From assembly GCA_000934665.2 (NCBI GenBank), contig JYFJ02003566.1:1-40293 (forward strand): DNA of 40,293 nt. The letters are read 5' to 3'. Below, one piece after another: positions 12,320 through 25,959 of the stretch (within the stretch, counting starts at the first letter, position 1; the number at the start of each line of letters is the position of its first letter). The DNA is from Catajapyx aquilonaris. Its lineage: Eukaryota. The notes under the pieces were generated by a model. The model made no database searches. It was not told where the DNA came from and saw only the letters and a list, made by a program, of their open reading frames with translations. Both the position numbers and the translations under genes were made by a program.

Positions 12320-13670
12320 TGTTAGACGGTCAAAAAATAACGTTAAAATCATGCTGTAGGCTGAAGCCACCGGAAGATATTGACCCAGGTTGACGTGTGG
12401 AAGGCTTCAAACTCACGCATTCTCTTTGCAACAGCTTAAAAATTATTAACCCAGTTCGGTGCCACATGCTCATTACTTGATCAAATAAAAAAAGGGAAAT
12501 GGTAGCAGTAACTTATTAAAAGTGATTCTAACTGAATAATAATGGCGACACGGGTCCAACAATGGGATTCACTGACATCATCGACTCACATCATCAGGTT
12601 GAGGTTCAAGGAACATCCTGTTGGCAACCTGCTGGATTGTTGTCACACGCAGAAGGTTTTGTATTCACCGTCATATACAGCAAGCAAAATAATAATATTC
12701 TGTCGATCAGTGACGCCTTGTCTTATTGTATATTTTTAGATGTCACCAGCAGAGGGAGCAGCTGCTGGTTAATATACATGCGAGGTGCTTCGATAATATT
12801 TTGCATTTGTTTTTGAGTATTGGCTTGGATCGTTGCAGCACCGGGTGCTATATTACGATAATTATTATGAAATTATCTTCGTGGGCATCATTGCTGTTTT
12901 TACTGCCTTGTAGCAACTTAAAATGTATGCTGATCCTGCTCGACGTCATTATTCTGATGGGACAGACGTGTCACCTATGTTACAGTTCAACTGCTAATAT
13001 TATGGAACTATATAGCAGCAAGTTGTTGTTGACTACCGGTACTTCGATTCTCCTGACGTCCTGACGTCCTGATTGTGAGATTCGTCAATGTAAAATATTA
13101 CCACCCATTTAATCATGTTTTCAGCAATCAAGTCGTATGCTATGCTTAAGTCTTGATCATGTTGTTGGATAGCTTTGGTGCACCGATGAATTTCGCAGCC
13201 CCTAAACACAATCATGATAATTATTTCTGTCGATGTAAATATAATGAACTGGGTATGGTGCCACACACTGAAAGAAAAATCAAAATGGCAACAATTTAAT
13301 ATTACGATTCTACGTAACTTCATGGTGAATAACGGCGATGCTTTTTGCATTGCAGATTGGAACATCGGTGTTCGTTGATGTCATAAAAGCGTTTGCCTGC
13401 TGGGCCAGTGAACTGTTAGAAAGGCGTATCCTGTCGGAAGCATGGATTGTTGACAATATTCCGAAATTGGGGACCGATCGGAAGAGGGTGATGTTGGCAG
13501 GAAGCTTGGTCCAAGCATTCAGGCGAAGGCGGAGGTATAACTCAAACAAATGCGGGTCCCTCGGTTTCAGAAGTCATATTTGTAAGTTATTCGGAGTCAG
13601 AGGTTATATATCATCGGAGGAGGATTCCTCCCAGGCTATTGCCTAATATAGACTACTCTTCAACGTGCTG
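12320..13670 (-). pseudogene. Penton/minor-capsid-like paralogue A
   Basis: N-terminal TPNN-KYDF*NR..ICL, middle NLMM*VDDVSES-IVGPVSPLL (12537-12593), C-terminal LGQYLPVASAYSMILTLFFDR (12326-12388). Abuts the capsid gene start. Confidence 0.65.
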
Positions 13671-13749
13671 CTATATATTTATATTACTACAATACGTGTG
13701 CAAAGCGGCGTCTTTTTATTTTATCTGCAAGGTCTATATCTCAGGGTAT

Positions 13750-14135
13750 TAAAATTTCAGTTTAGCTGCCAATTTATTAAGACTTGAAGTACGATGCAGA
13801 TCGTCGTATCATGTTTCGTCATGATTGCAATGTCAGCTCGTTCCAAGTGCGATCTCTGTGCCTGTGTATATACTGGCGGATCAAGCATCCCGGTGTCATC
13901 TTCTGCCTTTTGCGTCATATATTTTCTTTCTTACCAATGATGGACTTTGCTACAAGACGTAGGTAGTCTATATAATAACCTGTTGTTGACAAAGTTTCCC
14001 GGCAGGGTTTATCGCCCAGGTCTCGCCATAAAGTTGGCACCATTAGCAGTTCAGCAATCTTGTTAGCCGGCGTGTTACAACATTACAGACAAGAAGCAAA
14101 GGTTTGGCCAATCCCCGGGCGGAACTCATGGAAAC
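13750..14135 (-). pseudogene. Maverick PW-like (GxGIG amphipathic) small gene remnant
   Basis: RPGIGQTFASCL...PTLWRDLGDK..RETLSTTG...VAKSIIGKKENI resembles the Maverick pattern G.GIG.FF..L.R...P....GK..L.TG....DV..G.N.K. It lies directly after a penton-like gene. Confidence 0.5.
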
Positions 14136-14200
14136 GACATGGCTCAGCATGTTATTCTTTTATGTTGCCAGTCCGAAGGTTACTATACTATAGTCTTGTA

Positions 14201-14311
14201 CAGGGATGGAAAAAGAACCGCTTCTTTGGGCGGTAAGCGGTTCTTTTTCTATCCCTGCACATGGAAAAAAGAAGCGCTTCTTGGAAGGAAGCGGTACTTT
14301 TTCCATCCCTG
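14201..14311. mobile_element. hAT-type MITE (111 bp)
   Basis: TIR CAGGGATGGAAAAAG...CTTTTTCCATCCCTG with a perfect 8-bp TSD GTCTTGTA (14193-14200, 14312-14319). Internally two hairpin units. Confidence 0.92.
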
Positions 14312-15454
14312 GTCTTGTAGCCTTCAGGACTCCATTGCTGACATATACGTGATATTTCAATCTGATTCATAAGCATGTAATAATATAGGCAGACAGCCAG
14401 TAAAGCCTCATGTGAAAAATTTGGAGCACCTCCGGGAAGAAAATAACAATTATTCGTATTGTTCATGTACGTCCTGACCGAGGCCTCCTGCAGACCTCAA
14501 AAAGACCAGTCGCACTGACACTCTGAAATTGGGTTCATCGTCTTCCAATACTGTTTTCCTGACTGTTTTCTTGAACATTATCATTATTTGGCAGTGCGCA
14601 TATAGAGAGCAGAGCGGTCCTATTAATATAACTGCTTGGTGTTTACGAATGTTGTGCAAGTCTGCGGAAGTTGACACTAACTAACTTCCTCACCAGCAGA
14701 CGAGGAGCACTCTGCACTCATATGATGTTATCGGTGGTGTGATGGAATTACTGGACCTGTCGTACTTTGGCCAAGTTCCGGAGGAGAATAGTGAACTCCT
14801 TATGCACAAGAATAGTCGGACGTCATGACTGTGTACTGGTATAATTAGATACCCTTCGGACTTATCTGCTGGTGAACCGTGCAGCAGGGTTTATCTTCAA
14901 AGCTGATGGTTGCAGCATTGGTTTTACGTAATCAACAATGAAGAAGAAAGCGGATTCGCAACCAGAGTTGAGCAGAAATCAATATATACGTATAATGTTT
15001 GTTGCATGAGGCATGGTTTGTTGTCTCGCAGAAAATTCGGATGCCAGTCAAAACGACATCGTCCTAAATATTAATATCCCTCACGATACTTTCAGAGTCT
15101 CTCTGCAGAATTGGTCACATTTAGAGGATTTTCTGCCGAATGGACAAAGCCCTCAGCGATATATGGGACAAAGCCCTCTGTGATATATGGGACGTCGGCT
15201 TTGTCCGCCAGCCAGTTTTAAAATTATATGGATTGTTCACACCCTCCCGCGCCGGGTGACTGGTATTGGTGCCATTGGTTATGTTGTCCTAATTTGGCTC
15301 CATCGTCGCGTCGTCATTCTTGTCCGTCTGAGAAGTATCTCTCTTTGCAGTTTTCTTGCCTCTCTCCCGAACTGGTCGCCGCAGATATCCAGAGTCTTAT
15401 TGGAGGAAGGTTCTTGTTATCGGATGCCATTCGCCACAAATGCAAGATCTTATA

Positions 15455-15548
15455 AGGTGCGTTTACATGTACGAGCGATTTGATCGCGCGATGTCATTGC
15501 CGAGCGATGACATTGCGCGATCATATCGCTCACGTGTAAACGCAACCT
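15455..15548. mobile_element. Hairpin MITE, PIF/Harbinger-like termini
   Basis: Almost fully palindromic AGGTGCGTTTACA...TGTAAACGCAACCT. Absent at the paralogous site near 23269 (GATCTTATA|CTCCTCAT). Confidence 0.8.
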
Positions 15549-16939
15549 CCTCATGTTATTCACAATTCTCTCTCTGAGAATATTATTTACAATATTGTTT
15601 CGACAGAAAGTGTGAAATTAGAGAAATTGGGAGCAGATTTGGGCCCCCTGAAGCCTCGAATCGGGTTCCATGATACTTTGCCATGTGTTATTGCTCTCTC
15701 GATCTGTTTGACGAAGTTCATGTCGGTTTGGCAGTCTAACTGAGAACCCGCGGGATTGGTCACGCGCACGAGTCGCATCGTTGATATGAATTGTATGTCC
15801 AGGAGAGTGTCGAGCGCGCTGACCAAAGAACTCTCAGTGAAAAATATGTTCTCGTCCGACTGGAATCATTCGTCCTCAAGTGTGGTAGTAAAATTATGCG
15901 GCTGCCGTAATATTTATGGTCTCTAAGTTGGGCAGCTCTGGTTAATTCCTAACCGAATATAGCAATTTTTTAAGGAATAGTAATCAACCATCTCGTAGAC
16001 ACATGGAAATAATTTTTATACCTTATTCCCTTGCAAAACCCCACCATTATTTTATAAACACTCTGTACATGCAACAAGTCGCTGCGCTGTAATGAGAATA
16101 CGAAACAACAACAACGATAACATGATTGTGTATACTGTCAAGAGGATACTCTACAGTACATAATTATATACTGTAGCATGCACTGACCATACGGTATAGC
16201 TGCGTCGGTGTATAAAGATATTCAAAGGGAGTCTGCAGCATTGACAAGAATTATCGCGGGAACCTCCTGACTTGTAAAAGCAACAATGGCATTACCGGCC
16301 TTCATAAGGAAGAAACAGTCGTAGCAATACTTAAAGGGTTTGATTCTATTCTGCTGCTGTCCTGGTCAGTTGCAGTTCTTCAGCGGCCAGATCCCCCCTG
16401 GACAGCGCCTTTTCTATATATGCTGTCATGTATGTAGACTGTAGAGCAGTGGAGAGAGACGACGGCCCTGCAGTGGAAGTAGTCTATGGAACGCACGACG
16501 TGGTTGTTTGCATTGTTGCAAGTGACCAGACTGTGAATGAACTCATCGGTTGAGTGAGCTATACGGAGGGAGAAAATAAACCAAAGAAAATCAGCAATCA
16601 ATAATCGAGTGGAATATTATCACGCATGAGTTTTCAGTCATTTTAGAGTATATAGGAGGTCAAATTTAATGCTTTATTGTTTGTCAACTAGATGCAGCAG
16701 GTTATGTTTGAGAGGCGCAAAATTGCACTGACTTGTGAGTGTATGGAGAAATGTACAACTTGGGCAGCACAGACCCTTGTGTTTTCTAAGAAACTGTTCT
16801 TGATGCCTTGGGCCGCGGGTATATACGTATGTGTCAATATAAGTAGTGACTCTCGTCCTCCTTTTAGTTTGTTTCACGAGACGACGGACCCCCGTCTGAT
16901 CTCGGTCATCGTGCTAAGAGTGCAGTATATAGTTTGTTG

Positions 16940-17900
16940 ACTCGTTTTTTCTCATGAATGATAATTATAATGATAGCTGGCCTCGGCCGTTCCTTATTGC
17001 TTCGTCGGCTAGCTTCAACCAAAGGGCTGTGCGATATTTCGATACATCGACTGTCGACACGATATTTTCCTAATATCGAAGTTGGGTTATCAGACGCTAA
17101 TTGGGATGTGAGATTTTTCTAATAATGTCGGTTTGCGATTTTTCTACCACGCGACTTACAGACGTCGCGTCGGTTCGATGTCGGTTTACCCGATGTTGAT
17201 TTTTCGATTTTATATACATCGACTTTGATGCAATTTATGTTTTGAGTATTGAAAGCCGATATGCAATTTCGGATATCGCACAGCCCTAACCAGAGGTAAT
17301 ATACTGTATACAGTAGTTAAGCCATCAAAAGGGCGTGTTAAAGAGCAGAGCACTTTTTCGGCAGATTGCAAATACCGGTTTATAATAATAATTCCAGGTT
17401 TCTTATTATGATCTAAATATTTCAGACCGAAATGTGAGTAGGCTGTGTATGCTGTAGCTTATATTCCTTGTGGTCATTTCGATCATCCGCCTGTCCATAT
17501 TGTACTGTACTTTCCAACCTGCGTAGATAATAATTATGTCGACTAGCCACTGCGGTCTCTTGCTGCTGGTCATTACTGATTGATTGATTGATGAGCTTCC
17601 TTCACGAACCACACCAATCATCATAGTCCGTTGGTGCATGGTCATCCTCTGGAAAAATTATTTTTGGGGCTTGGAACCAGCAGTAAATGACTGGGTTTTT
17701 ATTCATAATCTCAACACTTGACAGAGATGTATTTTTTAAATACTGTACAGAGTCAGAGGGGCTCTCTCTGCTGGGTCATGCATGCTGTCCCACACTCTTC
17801 TCCACAACAATGGCCGGGGTGTTGCTTCCTCCTGTCTGGAAATGGCAAGTCATCTATAGGTCTTACAAAAAGTATGTACACAGTAACTCATAATTATTAT
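16940..17900 (-). pseudogene. Penton-like paralogue C (3' half; 5' extent uncertain)
   Basis: TAYSHFGLKYLD (about 17410-17445) and YYLWLKLADE once the MITE is removed. Matches CDHLKSA-SHFGLKYLN and YDYLSWK..D...FLH in paralogue G. Confidence 0.45.
17023..17288. mobile_element. hAT-type MITE
   Basis: TIR AGGGCTGTGCGATAT...ATATCGCACAGCCCT, degenerate flanking duplication AACCAAAG/AACCAGAG, internal CGAT-rich motifs. Empty paralogous site near 24683. Confidence 0.85.
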
Positions 17901-18600
17901 TATAAGCAAAGTTGACCACCATCAACTCGATCGTATAGTGGTGTCTATATTACTGGTTCCTCTTTAGTGTTTCGTCTCCATTCGTTTGTCCATTTCCTCG
18001 ATCATCCAGGCAAAATACTATAGTACATGTAAAGTGCCTATAATAATAATATATACTCTCTGCCGCATTTCTGATTACGTGGTGAGTTTTTCTTTACTTA
18101 TATGCTTCGTCTTATTCTTCCCTCTGATGCCGCAGCTGCCTTCTCGGCGGTCACAGCCTTCTTGCGTATAGGCGTCCCAGCTTGTAGTTCCTGTGTGTCC
18201 TATCCGCATACCGTACTATATACGGCGGTATCTTGGCATCCGCTGAGTGTCCATTGCGGAACTCCTTTCTTCCTCTCTGCTCCTCCCGGAGTGCCTATAT
18301 ACGGCAACCCGTGAAGTATCCTATAATATGAACATCATGTCCAGCTTCACTTTTTGTAGTCTCCGCCAAACTAACGCTGCACGAATGGCTTCGATGCACG
18401 AAGGTATGTCGTTGGTCTTCTTGCCTTTCGGGGCCATCGGCGACTTGGAAATTCCGGGCTGGCTATCCAATTCGGCCCTACAGCCCCTCCTTCCCCATAA
18501 TAATAAGTCACCCGTATCGGTGGGTGATTGATTCCACGTTCCCTCTCGGGTAATATACCGAACCATATATGTTATAACATGCAGAACTTTCATTTAAAAG

Positions 18601-19700
18601 TCAACAAAAACAAATGGCAACAAAATAGTTCCAGACCACCGCCACCGCACGACGTAATTGTTTGTTGTGCTTCTTACGAACTTGTATAGTTACATCAATA
18701 TACAGTACTGTATTGTTATTTAAATACACGTTGGAATCTGTGCATTTATAACCCTGGGTATATAAGGCAGCACTGCAGTTGCCAATGTGGGTCCAGGATC
18801 TGTAGACGCCTTCGGAATGTCTGAAAACTTGATGAGAAAGAGCATGTTGCGATTTGAAGTTCTTCACTGCGAAACAATATTAGAGTTTGTGGACGTGTCT
18901 TAATATATGGAGCTCATCATGTCTGCCTCTATCTATAATCACACGTTTCTCAATCGTCATTATCTGGATGCCTTTAAAAACTATATCCAGCTCTAACTAC
19001 TGTTGTGCACAATGACATTGATGGAAGGGGTGTTAGAGTGGCACATGATTTTGTGGCGAGAGGTCATATCCGGAGAGATTGTGAACACACCTTTATTCTC
19101 AAAACGATCGCTAGAGTGAATAATTATGAGTGTAGTGTAACTATATATTGTCTGAGTCGAGATGACTCATTCATCATATCGGTGCTCAGTAAGTGGACAG
19201 GGTGTGCAAAAGAAGAATATTCCTATCAAGTCCTTCAATATACAGCATAGGCGCGGGGGAAAGATGAATTTATTCGCCCTTCCCATCCGTCACTGCGTGC
19301 TCGTCTTGTCGTATCCATCACATGACCACGACATGATCACTTGTTAGTGACGTTCTAATGGCGTGCCCACGACCTTTGCGCAATATTTTTGGTGCCTGTA
19401 TAATTTCACTATCATCAGTTGGTTGAGTCTCACTCAGTGTCAACCAGCAGAAAACCCTGGACCTTTCCTCTCCTTGCTCTTTGTTGACCTGAGCGCGAAT
19501 CTACGTCATGTGTTATATGTATGCCACTTTCGTTGAACTCTGATTCATATAGTGACAAGCATCTGTTCGGGATGGTTTGTTGGTGAATGAGTTCTTGCAG
19601 CTGGAATAATTCGGCTGGGGGTGCAATGTGTTATTCTTGAGGGGATGGGGTCTCAGGGAAACCGTCTTATGGTGTCGCGTAATAATATGAGTGGCTGAGA
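18601..19700 (-). pseudogene. Penton-like paralogue D
   Basis: N-terminal KTVSL...LHPQPN...NSFTNK...KVAYI (cf. F.TL.SN..YP.N...FTN.L...WEVAL). C-terminal NNNTVLYIDVTIQVR...QL...AICF. Confidence 0.5.
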
Positions 19701-20649
19701 AGCAGAGTCGTGGTTCATGTCGAAATTCGGCCATTTTGAGTTGTCGCTTGCATCAGTGGCATTCCCCATGCCCAACTCTGTTTTATAACTTGGCCTAAAT
19801 ACGGTTGTAATATTTGCTATCAAATTATTAAGTTAATGTGACTTACTTTTACCATGGCTGCAAAGGCAAGCCTAGAACTTTGCATGCGTTTATCTCAAAA
19901 CTATATTTTTCGACATGAACCACTCTGCTTCTCGGCCACTCAATTATACTGGGAAAAACGACCAGTAGGCCTATTACGTATATAGAGAGTCAGGTCGTGT
20001 CCGTCATTTTTTATACAGAGGTCAATACGCTTGTATATAGGCTACTGGTTGGCTTGGGAGGTATCCTTTCCAATGACCTAACTCGCAGATTTAATGACGA
20101 TATATCCGTATGTTATCATTATCAACAATATGAGCAGCTGATGTGTGACGAAACATACACATCTTGCATGGTAGGGCCCTATATTGTGTAGGTCTACAGA
20201 GTAAATAAGGGAGGTTAGAGCGTGCATGACGACAGGTGGTGACGGTGGAAAAAATAGATTATTTTTAATGTCACGCGGCTTTAAATACACTGAAAGTCTT
20301 GGCCCGAATGAAATAATCTCCTCTGCACGTTTATTTTTATTATTCAAGTAGGGCCTCAAATATTGCAAAGAAACTGCATGATGATAAATATAGTGCACAT
20401 CATAAGATATAGCAATTGACTAACGGAAATGGATACCCTCAATAATATATATTATATATATAATTAGAACAAAACCACGAAGGCATTTATTTTCTATTCT
20501 ATATAACTTCGCGCTTTCTGATAGCTTATTTTCTTCCTTTGTGAGATAGGCTTCGGCCATGCTCTATATAGCTCCACGGATGTAAATGACTAAGAAAGGT
20601 TATTCCTTGTCATTGCGTGTAGTTATAATAATATAGTGTCTTCCCCTTC

Positions 20650-22060
20650 CAAAGAGTAGCGGACGAAAATATATTATAAACACACGATGCAAAATACCGG
20701 TATCTGCAAGTTTATTTTAAAATACGATTCTCAGTAAGTTATCTAATAAAGCGGCATCAAAGTGAAGGCGGGAGAGCATGGACGGGCAATAGTCTATCTA
20801 TCTATATGAGAAATGAAGTTTTTGTATCTGGACCTCCTCGGCGATTTATACGGATTTCCCTTGGTCTTGTGAAGGTGCTTTCTCTTGGTGCAGAATGCGG
20901 CGACTGATTTTTATTTGTCTGCTGGTTTCGGAAAGGAAAAGAGATGCACAACTATTACCCCGCACAATATATAATTATTATTAGCTTGGTGACATTAATT
21001 CACAACTGAATGATGATGATGATGACTGAAAAGAAGCATTAGTAGCCCTATATTGGGAGAAGTTCCCAACTTCAAAGTATAGCACCAGTGAAGAAAGATC
21101 TCGTCTCAAAAATCTGGTCCCTCTAACGTCTGATTGTTGATCTGTGGATTTTACGTCAATAAAGAGGAGTTTTTAGTTTTGTCACCGCTGCTTTCTTCGC
21201 TGCCAAAATATTTCCCCCATGTTGACTTGACATCAGATGATCATCATTGTGGACTGACAATGCTTCGTCTAGAACCAAAAGAGTGGACCGGGTCCAGTGT
21301 TCTTCAGTGCTTTTGAAAATGATCTCCAATCATGTCAAGAGGATGGCTTGACATTTTCTAAAAAAATCCCTGCTGGAAATGGGCTAAACTTTTAATGACA
21401 TTCGCATTAATCATTTTGAGTGCATTCCAACAGGAGTAATACCGTATAATTATTATGCCTACACATATGATGGACACTTGTCACAATAATTTTGGCTCGA
21501 GTGGTTTCGGATTCTGTCACGCTTTCTCTGCCTGTTTAGTTAACTAGTGTCATCAGGTATCTCTCCTGATTTAGCCACGTTTTGGCCACAGGCTATAATT
21601 ATCCCCCTTTCCTCTTTTTCATTCAGAATTGATTCAGTATCACCCATCACCACCATTAGCTAAAATTTCTTCAATATTGCCGGAGGGTGGTACTTTTTTA
21701 TACTCCATTTGTGCCAAATGATATATTGGAGATTCACATCAACGCAAAGTGCGGAATAGTCATGCGGTCCTAATTAACCTGATGGTTTCTGTGGGGCTGA
21801 AACAAGGGAAGAAAACAAGTAATCAACAAACTGCTCCAAAGCAGCAGTGCAGTGGGACGGAGGCTGCGATCAGAGTAAGGAGACCTTCCTAACATACTCT
21901 TACTGTATCCTTCGAGAGGTCACTGTCGGGTCAGAGGCATTCTCATCAAAACAGCATTCTTACTCAACGGTAATAGTATGTGTCCATTTATGGTTCCCGG
22001 ATGCATATGTAAGGTGTTGCTTAGGAAGCGGAAGAAAAGAAAACCACTTCTCTTCTTATA
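20650..22060 (-). pseudogene. Penton-like paralogue E
   Basis: ITVE..FDENASDPTVT.RRIQ...KVSLL..PP...LEQFVDYL; III-SCELMSP...IVRG (about 20950-21025); LRIVF*NKLA near 20705-20735. Confidence 0.55.
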
Positions 22061-22204
22061 GAGCACTGATGCTGGTTGTGCATCGCCAGTCTGATACAGT
22101 CTTGTTGTCTCCTCCGTTCGACGAGGGCATGCCATTCCGGGTCATGCTGCTTGTGTGCACATTTTTTTCGGTAAGATATAATTATGACACTTGACATTGC
22201 AGTT

Positions 22205-24560
22205 TTGGGGATAGATGTGAGGGTGAGGACTGACTGAGGAGGCGCATTGCAATATCAGTGGGGTGGCCAAATTTGCCGTTGTTCGTAACACCAATACGGA
22301 TCATACTGAAAGTCATGGCCTTTTGGAAGTGCACTTGATCTATAGTCTATACATTTATTCAGAGAGATTTTGTCTTTCCTTCCTCTCGCTCTAAACCAAT
22401 GAGATTAGCACACACATTATCGTGTGCAAATCATTATTGATCTAGAGCGAGATGAGTTGGGTCCGATTCGACCTATAGGCTACCATATCTGCTAAACCCA
22501 ACGTTGCACGACCCGATTGGTCTTATATAGTTCCTATCCGCCAGGGAGGCAATGAATCAAGATGTGCATAAACATTGGCGTGTGTACATACATGTACTAT
22601 GTATGGCAGGCATCCTCATTTTATTATCTATATATATACTGCTGGAACCATTGCGAGAAAATGATGACGATAACTGTAATACAATAGGACATGAGAATTC
22701 CAGGCAATTGCAGGCTGCATGCAAAATGCGAAGGTCATATAACATTACAAGACATGGTCCTTGTTCGGGGTAGGCATGTTGCAAATATGTTGCCTTGGAG
22801 GATGAGCAAGAGTGCCCTCGTGCAAACGGGTTCCAGAGTGAGTCGAGATGCCAGATAAGCAGCAATCGGTAGAGTCTTTGTCGCATGAGGCCTTGGTTTG
22901 TCACGCAGCGACATTCAGATGCCAGTCAAAATATTGGTCAAAACACAGCATCCTAAATATTAATATACATCAAGATGCTTTCAGTGTCTCGCTGTATAAT
23001 ATTTTCTGCCGCGTCACGTTGAATGAACAAAGCCCATCTCCGATGAGCTCGACTATGCCCGCCAGTCAGTTATAATTTAATGAAATTATTTTGAGTTTTC
23101 CACACCCTCCCGAGCCGGATGACTATACGGTTGGTGCCATTAGTTACATGGGCCTATAATTATTTGGCTCCGTCGTGTCGTCATTCTCTAGTCTGTCCAT
23201 AGTTTCTCGTCGCCGTTTCCTCGACGTTTTTATTATCGGATGTCATTTGCCACAAATCAAGATCTTATACTCCTCATAATTATGTTCTTCACGATTTAAT
23301 TACACCTCTGAGCATATAATTATTCACAAGGTTGTTTTGACTTAAAGCGTTTGAAATGAGAAAAATGATGGGGATCAGATCTATATAGGCACCCTTCAGC
23401 CTTAAATCGAGTTTCGTGATGCATTATTGTCACGGTTGTATACTCAGCCCAGAGTTTCTCGTCTCTGGACCCGTTGACGAAGTTAATGTCAGTTAAATGG
23501 GATCAAACTTCGGAGCCACGGGATTGACTCGCGTTGTCGATGGGGATTGTGCAGGTGAGTGTCGAGCACGTATTCCATAATATTGTAACTCTCAGTGATA
23601 ATGTTCTCGTCAGGCGAGAACCATTCTTCCTCAAGAGGTAAAGGGTTTTAATGCAGTTGCCATAATTATGGTATCCATGTGGCTTTGGCAACTCTCGAGG
23701 CAACTCTCGTCCTAAGCGAACCGAGCAATTTTTAAGAAAAAAAAATCAACCATCCAGTCAGGGTGCATATACTACATAAGAGGTGTAAACTTCTGTCGGA
23801 GCCTTTGATGTTCGCGTCTCTCTGTTTGGGGCCGTTGCCAAGGCTGGCGGCCATTTTGAAGTGTGGGGAACCCCAACGAGGTATAAATAGGGTACAAGCA
23901 AAAATATGGTCAGCCATCATTGATGGTTTTGGCGGCCATGGCAAGAACACGCGCGAATCAAAGATGGCGGAACATATTTTTGCCTGTACCCTATTTATAC
24001 CTCGTTGGCGTTCCCCACACTTCAAAATGGCCACCAGCCGTGGCAACGCCCCAAACAGAGAGACTCGGAAATCGAATGTTTGCGCCTCTTATGTAGTATA
24101 TACTCCCTGGTCTAGTCGACAAGTGGAAATAACGTTGATGCGTGCTGCATGCAACACATGGATGTAATGGAAATACGTAACAACAACATGTGAAGAGGAA
24201 GAAATAAACAAAGCGGAGTCTGCTCTAAGAGAAATATCATATGATCAGAGTTTTCGTTCTGAGTCGTTTTTGCATAGGAGATCAAAGCATCCACTTTAAT
24301 ACTCCGTAGCCTCTCAACTATCCATCATATAAGTGCTTTAACGCATGTTATGTTTGAGCGGCGTAACATTGCGCTGCCAGTGAGTGCTGTATATGGAGAA
24401 ATGTACGATAGGTTACTAATATAAGGCACTTGTTGGGCACAGGCCCATGTCTTTTCCAAGAAACATTACTGCTCTTGATAACTTGGGCCACGATATGTAT
24501 CAATCGCAGTGACTCTCCTCCATTCACGTCGCTTGTCGCACTAAGGATTCCTCCTATAAT
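22205..24560 (-). pseudogene. Penton-like paralogue F (long form, counterpart of B)
   Basis: C-terminal TFSMIRIGVT...FGHPTDI...SVLT-LHIYP (22207-22314; cf. F..IEI.ITD..G..I.F....LTLHFR). LEEEWFSPDENIITES and FLEKTWACA are shared with B. Confidence 0.65.
23760..24109. mobile_element. Palindromic MITE, probably hAT-type
   Basis: Near end-to-end imperfect palindrome (AGGGTGCATATACTACATAAGAGG...CCTCTTATGTAGTATATACTCCCTG). Flanks ATCCAGTC/GTCTAGTC match at 6 of 8. Absent from the paralogous site near 15992. Confidence 0.85.
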
Positions 24561-24599
24561 ATAGGTGCATCAGTATATATTTATATCTTACGAAGAGTC

Positions 24600-25761
24600 C
24601 AGTTGCCTTGTGTTCTTCTCATGCAGGAAAAGGGATGGTTTCTGCCAAATTTGCTGGGGTAAATCTTTGTCGGGAGGCTTCCACGATAGGTAATCATAAG
24701 GACTTTTCCAACTGCAGCAGAGCACTTCGGAAGATTTCAAATAATAATCGCTCCAGGTTACTCATTTAGATATTTCAACCCGAAATGTGAGCATAGCTGA
24801 TTTTAGGTGGTCACACTCACACCATTCGGCCGGATCTAGACTGGGTTCAGTTCACTTATACTTATATACTTATATATACTTATATATACTTATATATATC
24901 GTATATTGACCTCATTGACCCAAAATATATTCACGACGTAATCAAAATAAATCAAATCTGGAAGTGGTGTGGTCGGTGATTAATAAAATATTTTGACCAG
25001 CGGGTAGCAGCAGTAGGCATCACAAAGTGGTCAGACCCATCAATGGTGGGGATGTCCACTTCTCTGGTTGGTTCGGCGATATGACTGATGTGATAGGGGG
25101 ACGTATGCTGTGCGAGGCTGATGACCCCATACGATGTCCTCAGTGCATATGAACGTCTTCAGAGGAGGTGAGATATATTATTGTGGCCTCCTGTCTTTTG
25201 GCCTATCCCTGATGAAGTTTCGGCTCGATCACTGAGTCGGCTGTTGTTTTTAAGCTCTAATACGCGATGATGATGATAATGATGACCGACGACGACGACA
25301 ACAACAACAACAACAATGTCATTGTTGTTCTGTACGGGCACAGTGTTCATATCCACAAAAGCCTAAAATACAGCAACACCTCATTAACATCTCTCTCTAA
25401 CCACTTCTGTATACACCCTCCCCAGCACATGCTGGCTTCTTCACATTTTCATGCCATTGCAACTGAGGTGGTGCCAATTATTTTTTCATAATCTCAAGAG
25501 CGTAAATCGAGAAGATTTTATAGCAACAGCTGTTGTTTGACGGAACAGACATACATCTTGCATGCATGGTCTTCAGAGTAAATTATTGAAGGGGTTAGAG
25601 TGCGACAGGTGACGGAGTAAAACATATCGTTCTTTCCAATGTCCTGCGCTGGTAAATGTAAAATAGTGTAAAATAATGTAAGCACGGTTATTCCTGTCAT
25701 TGTGAATACTCTTATGATGGTCTTTGGCTTGAAAGGAGTAGTGGACTAAAATTATATACAC
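24600..25761 (-). pseudogene. Penton-like paralogue G (5' part matches 20.1-20.6 kb, 3' part matches C)
   Basis: YIILVH...NDRNNRA...FTFT..GHW N-terminus; CDHLKSA-SHFGLKYL (about 24765-24815); C-terminal LFLH. Confidence 0.45.
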
Positions 25762-25959
25762 ATGATCCAGAATTGAAATTCAAAGAATGGAGGTCACGCC
25801 ATCGCCATGGGCTAGAACCTATCGCAGATCATGACTTCACTTTTAAACGCGCTTAATGGCGGGTTGAAGTTAAGCAATATGCAATGAAATAATGCACGCT
25901 GCCATTTACGCTGCCATTATAAGACTGCTTCAGGCAAAAGTAATTAAATTATAATTTCG

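Larger units (their letters stand above)
14160..16900 (-). pseudogene. Penton-like paralogue B (long form; may be two genes)
   Basis: GPLCSLYAHCQI (14585-14620; cf. SLYVYCDIV), GQDVHEQY-NCYFLP...NFSH (14411-14480), C-terminal PEGYKT-IVTF split by a MITE. Upstream SFLENT..VVHFSIHS..LRLSNIT and LEDE*F.SDENI are conserved with paralogue F. Confidence 0.6.

Noticed and set aside
21380..21880. Plus-strand readings conserved between the duplicates (FECIPTGVI, GFGFCH, VQWDGGCD)
   Set aside because: Best explained as antisense shadows. The minus strand carries the recurring penton-like motifs.
23732..24167. Mirror-image ORFs on both strands
   Set aside because: Products of the palindromic MITE.
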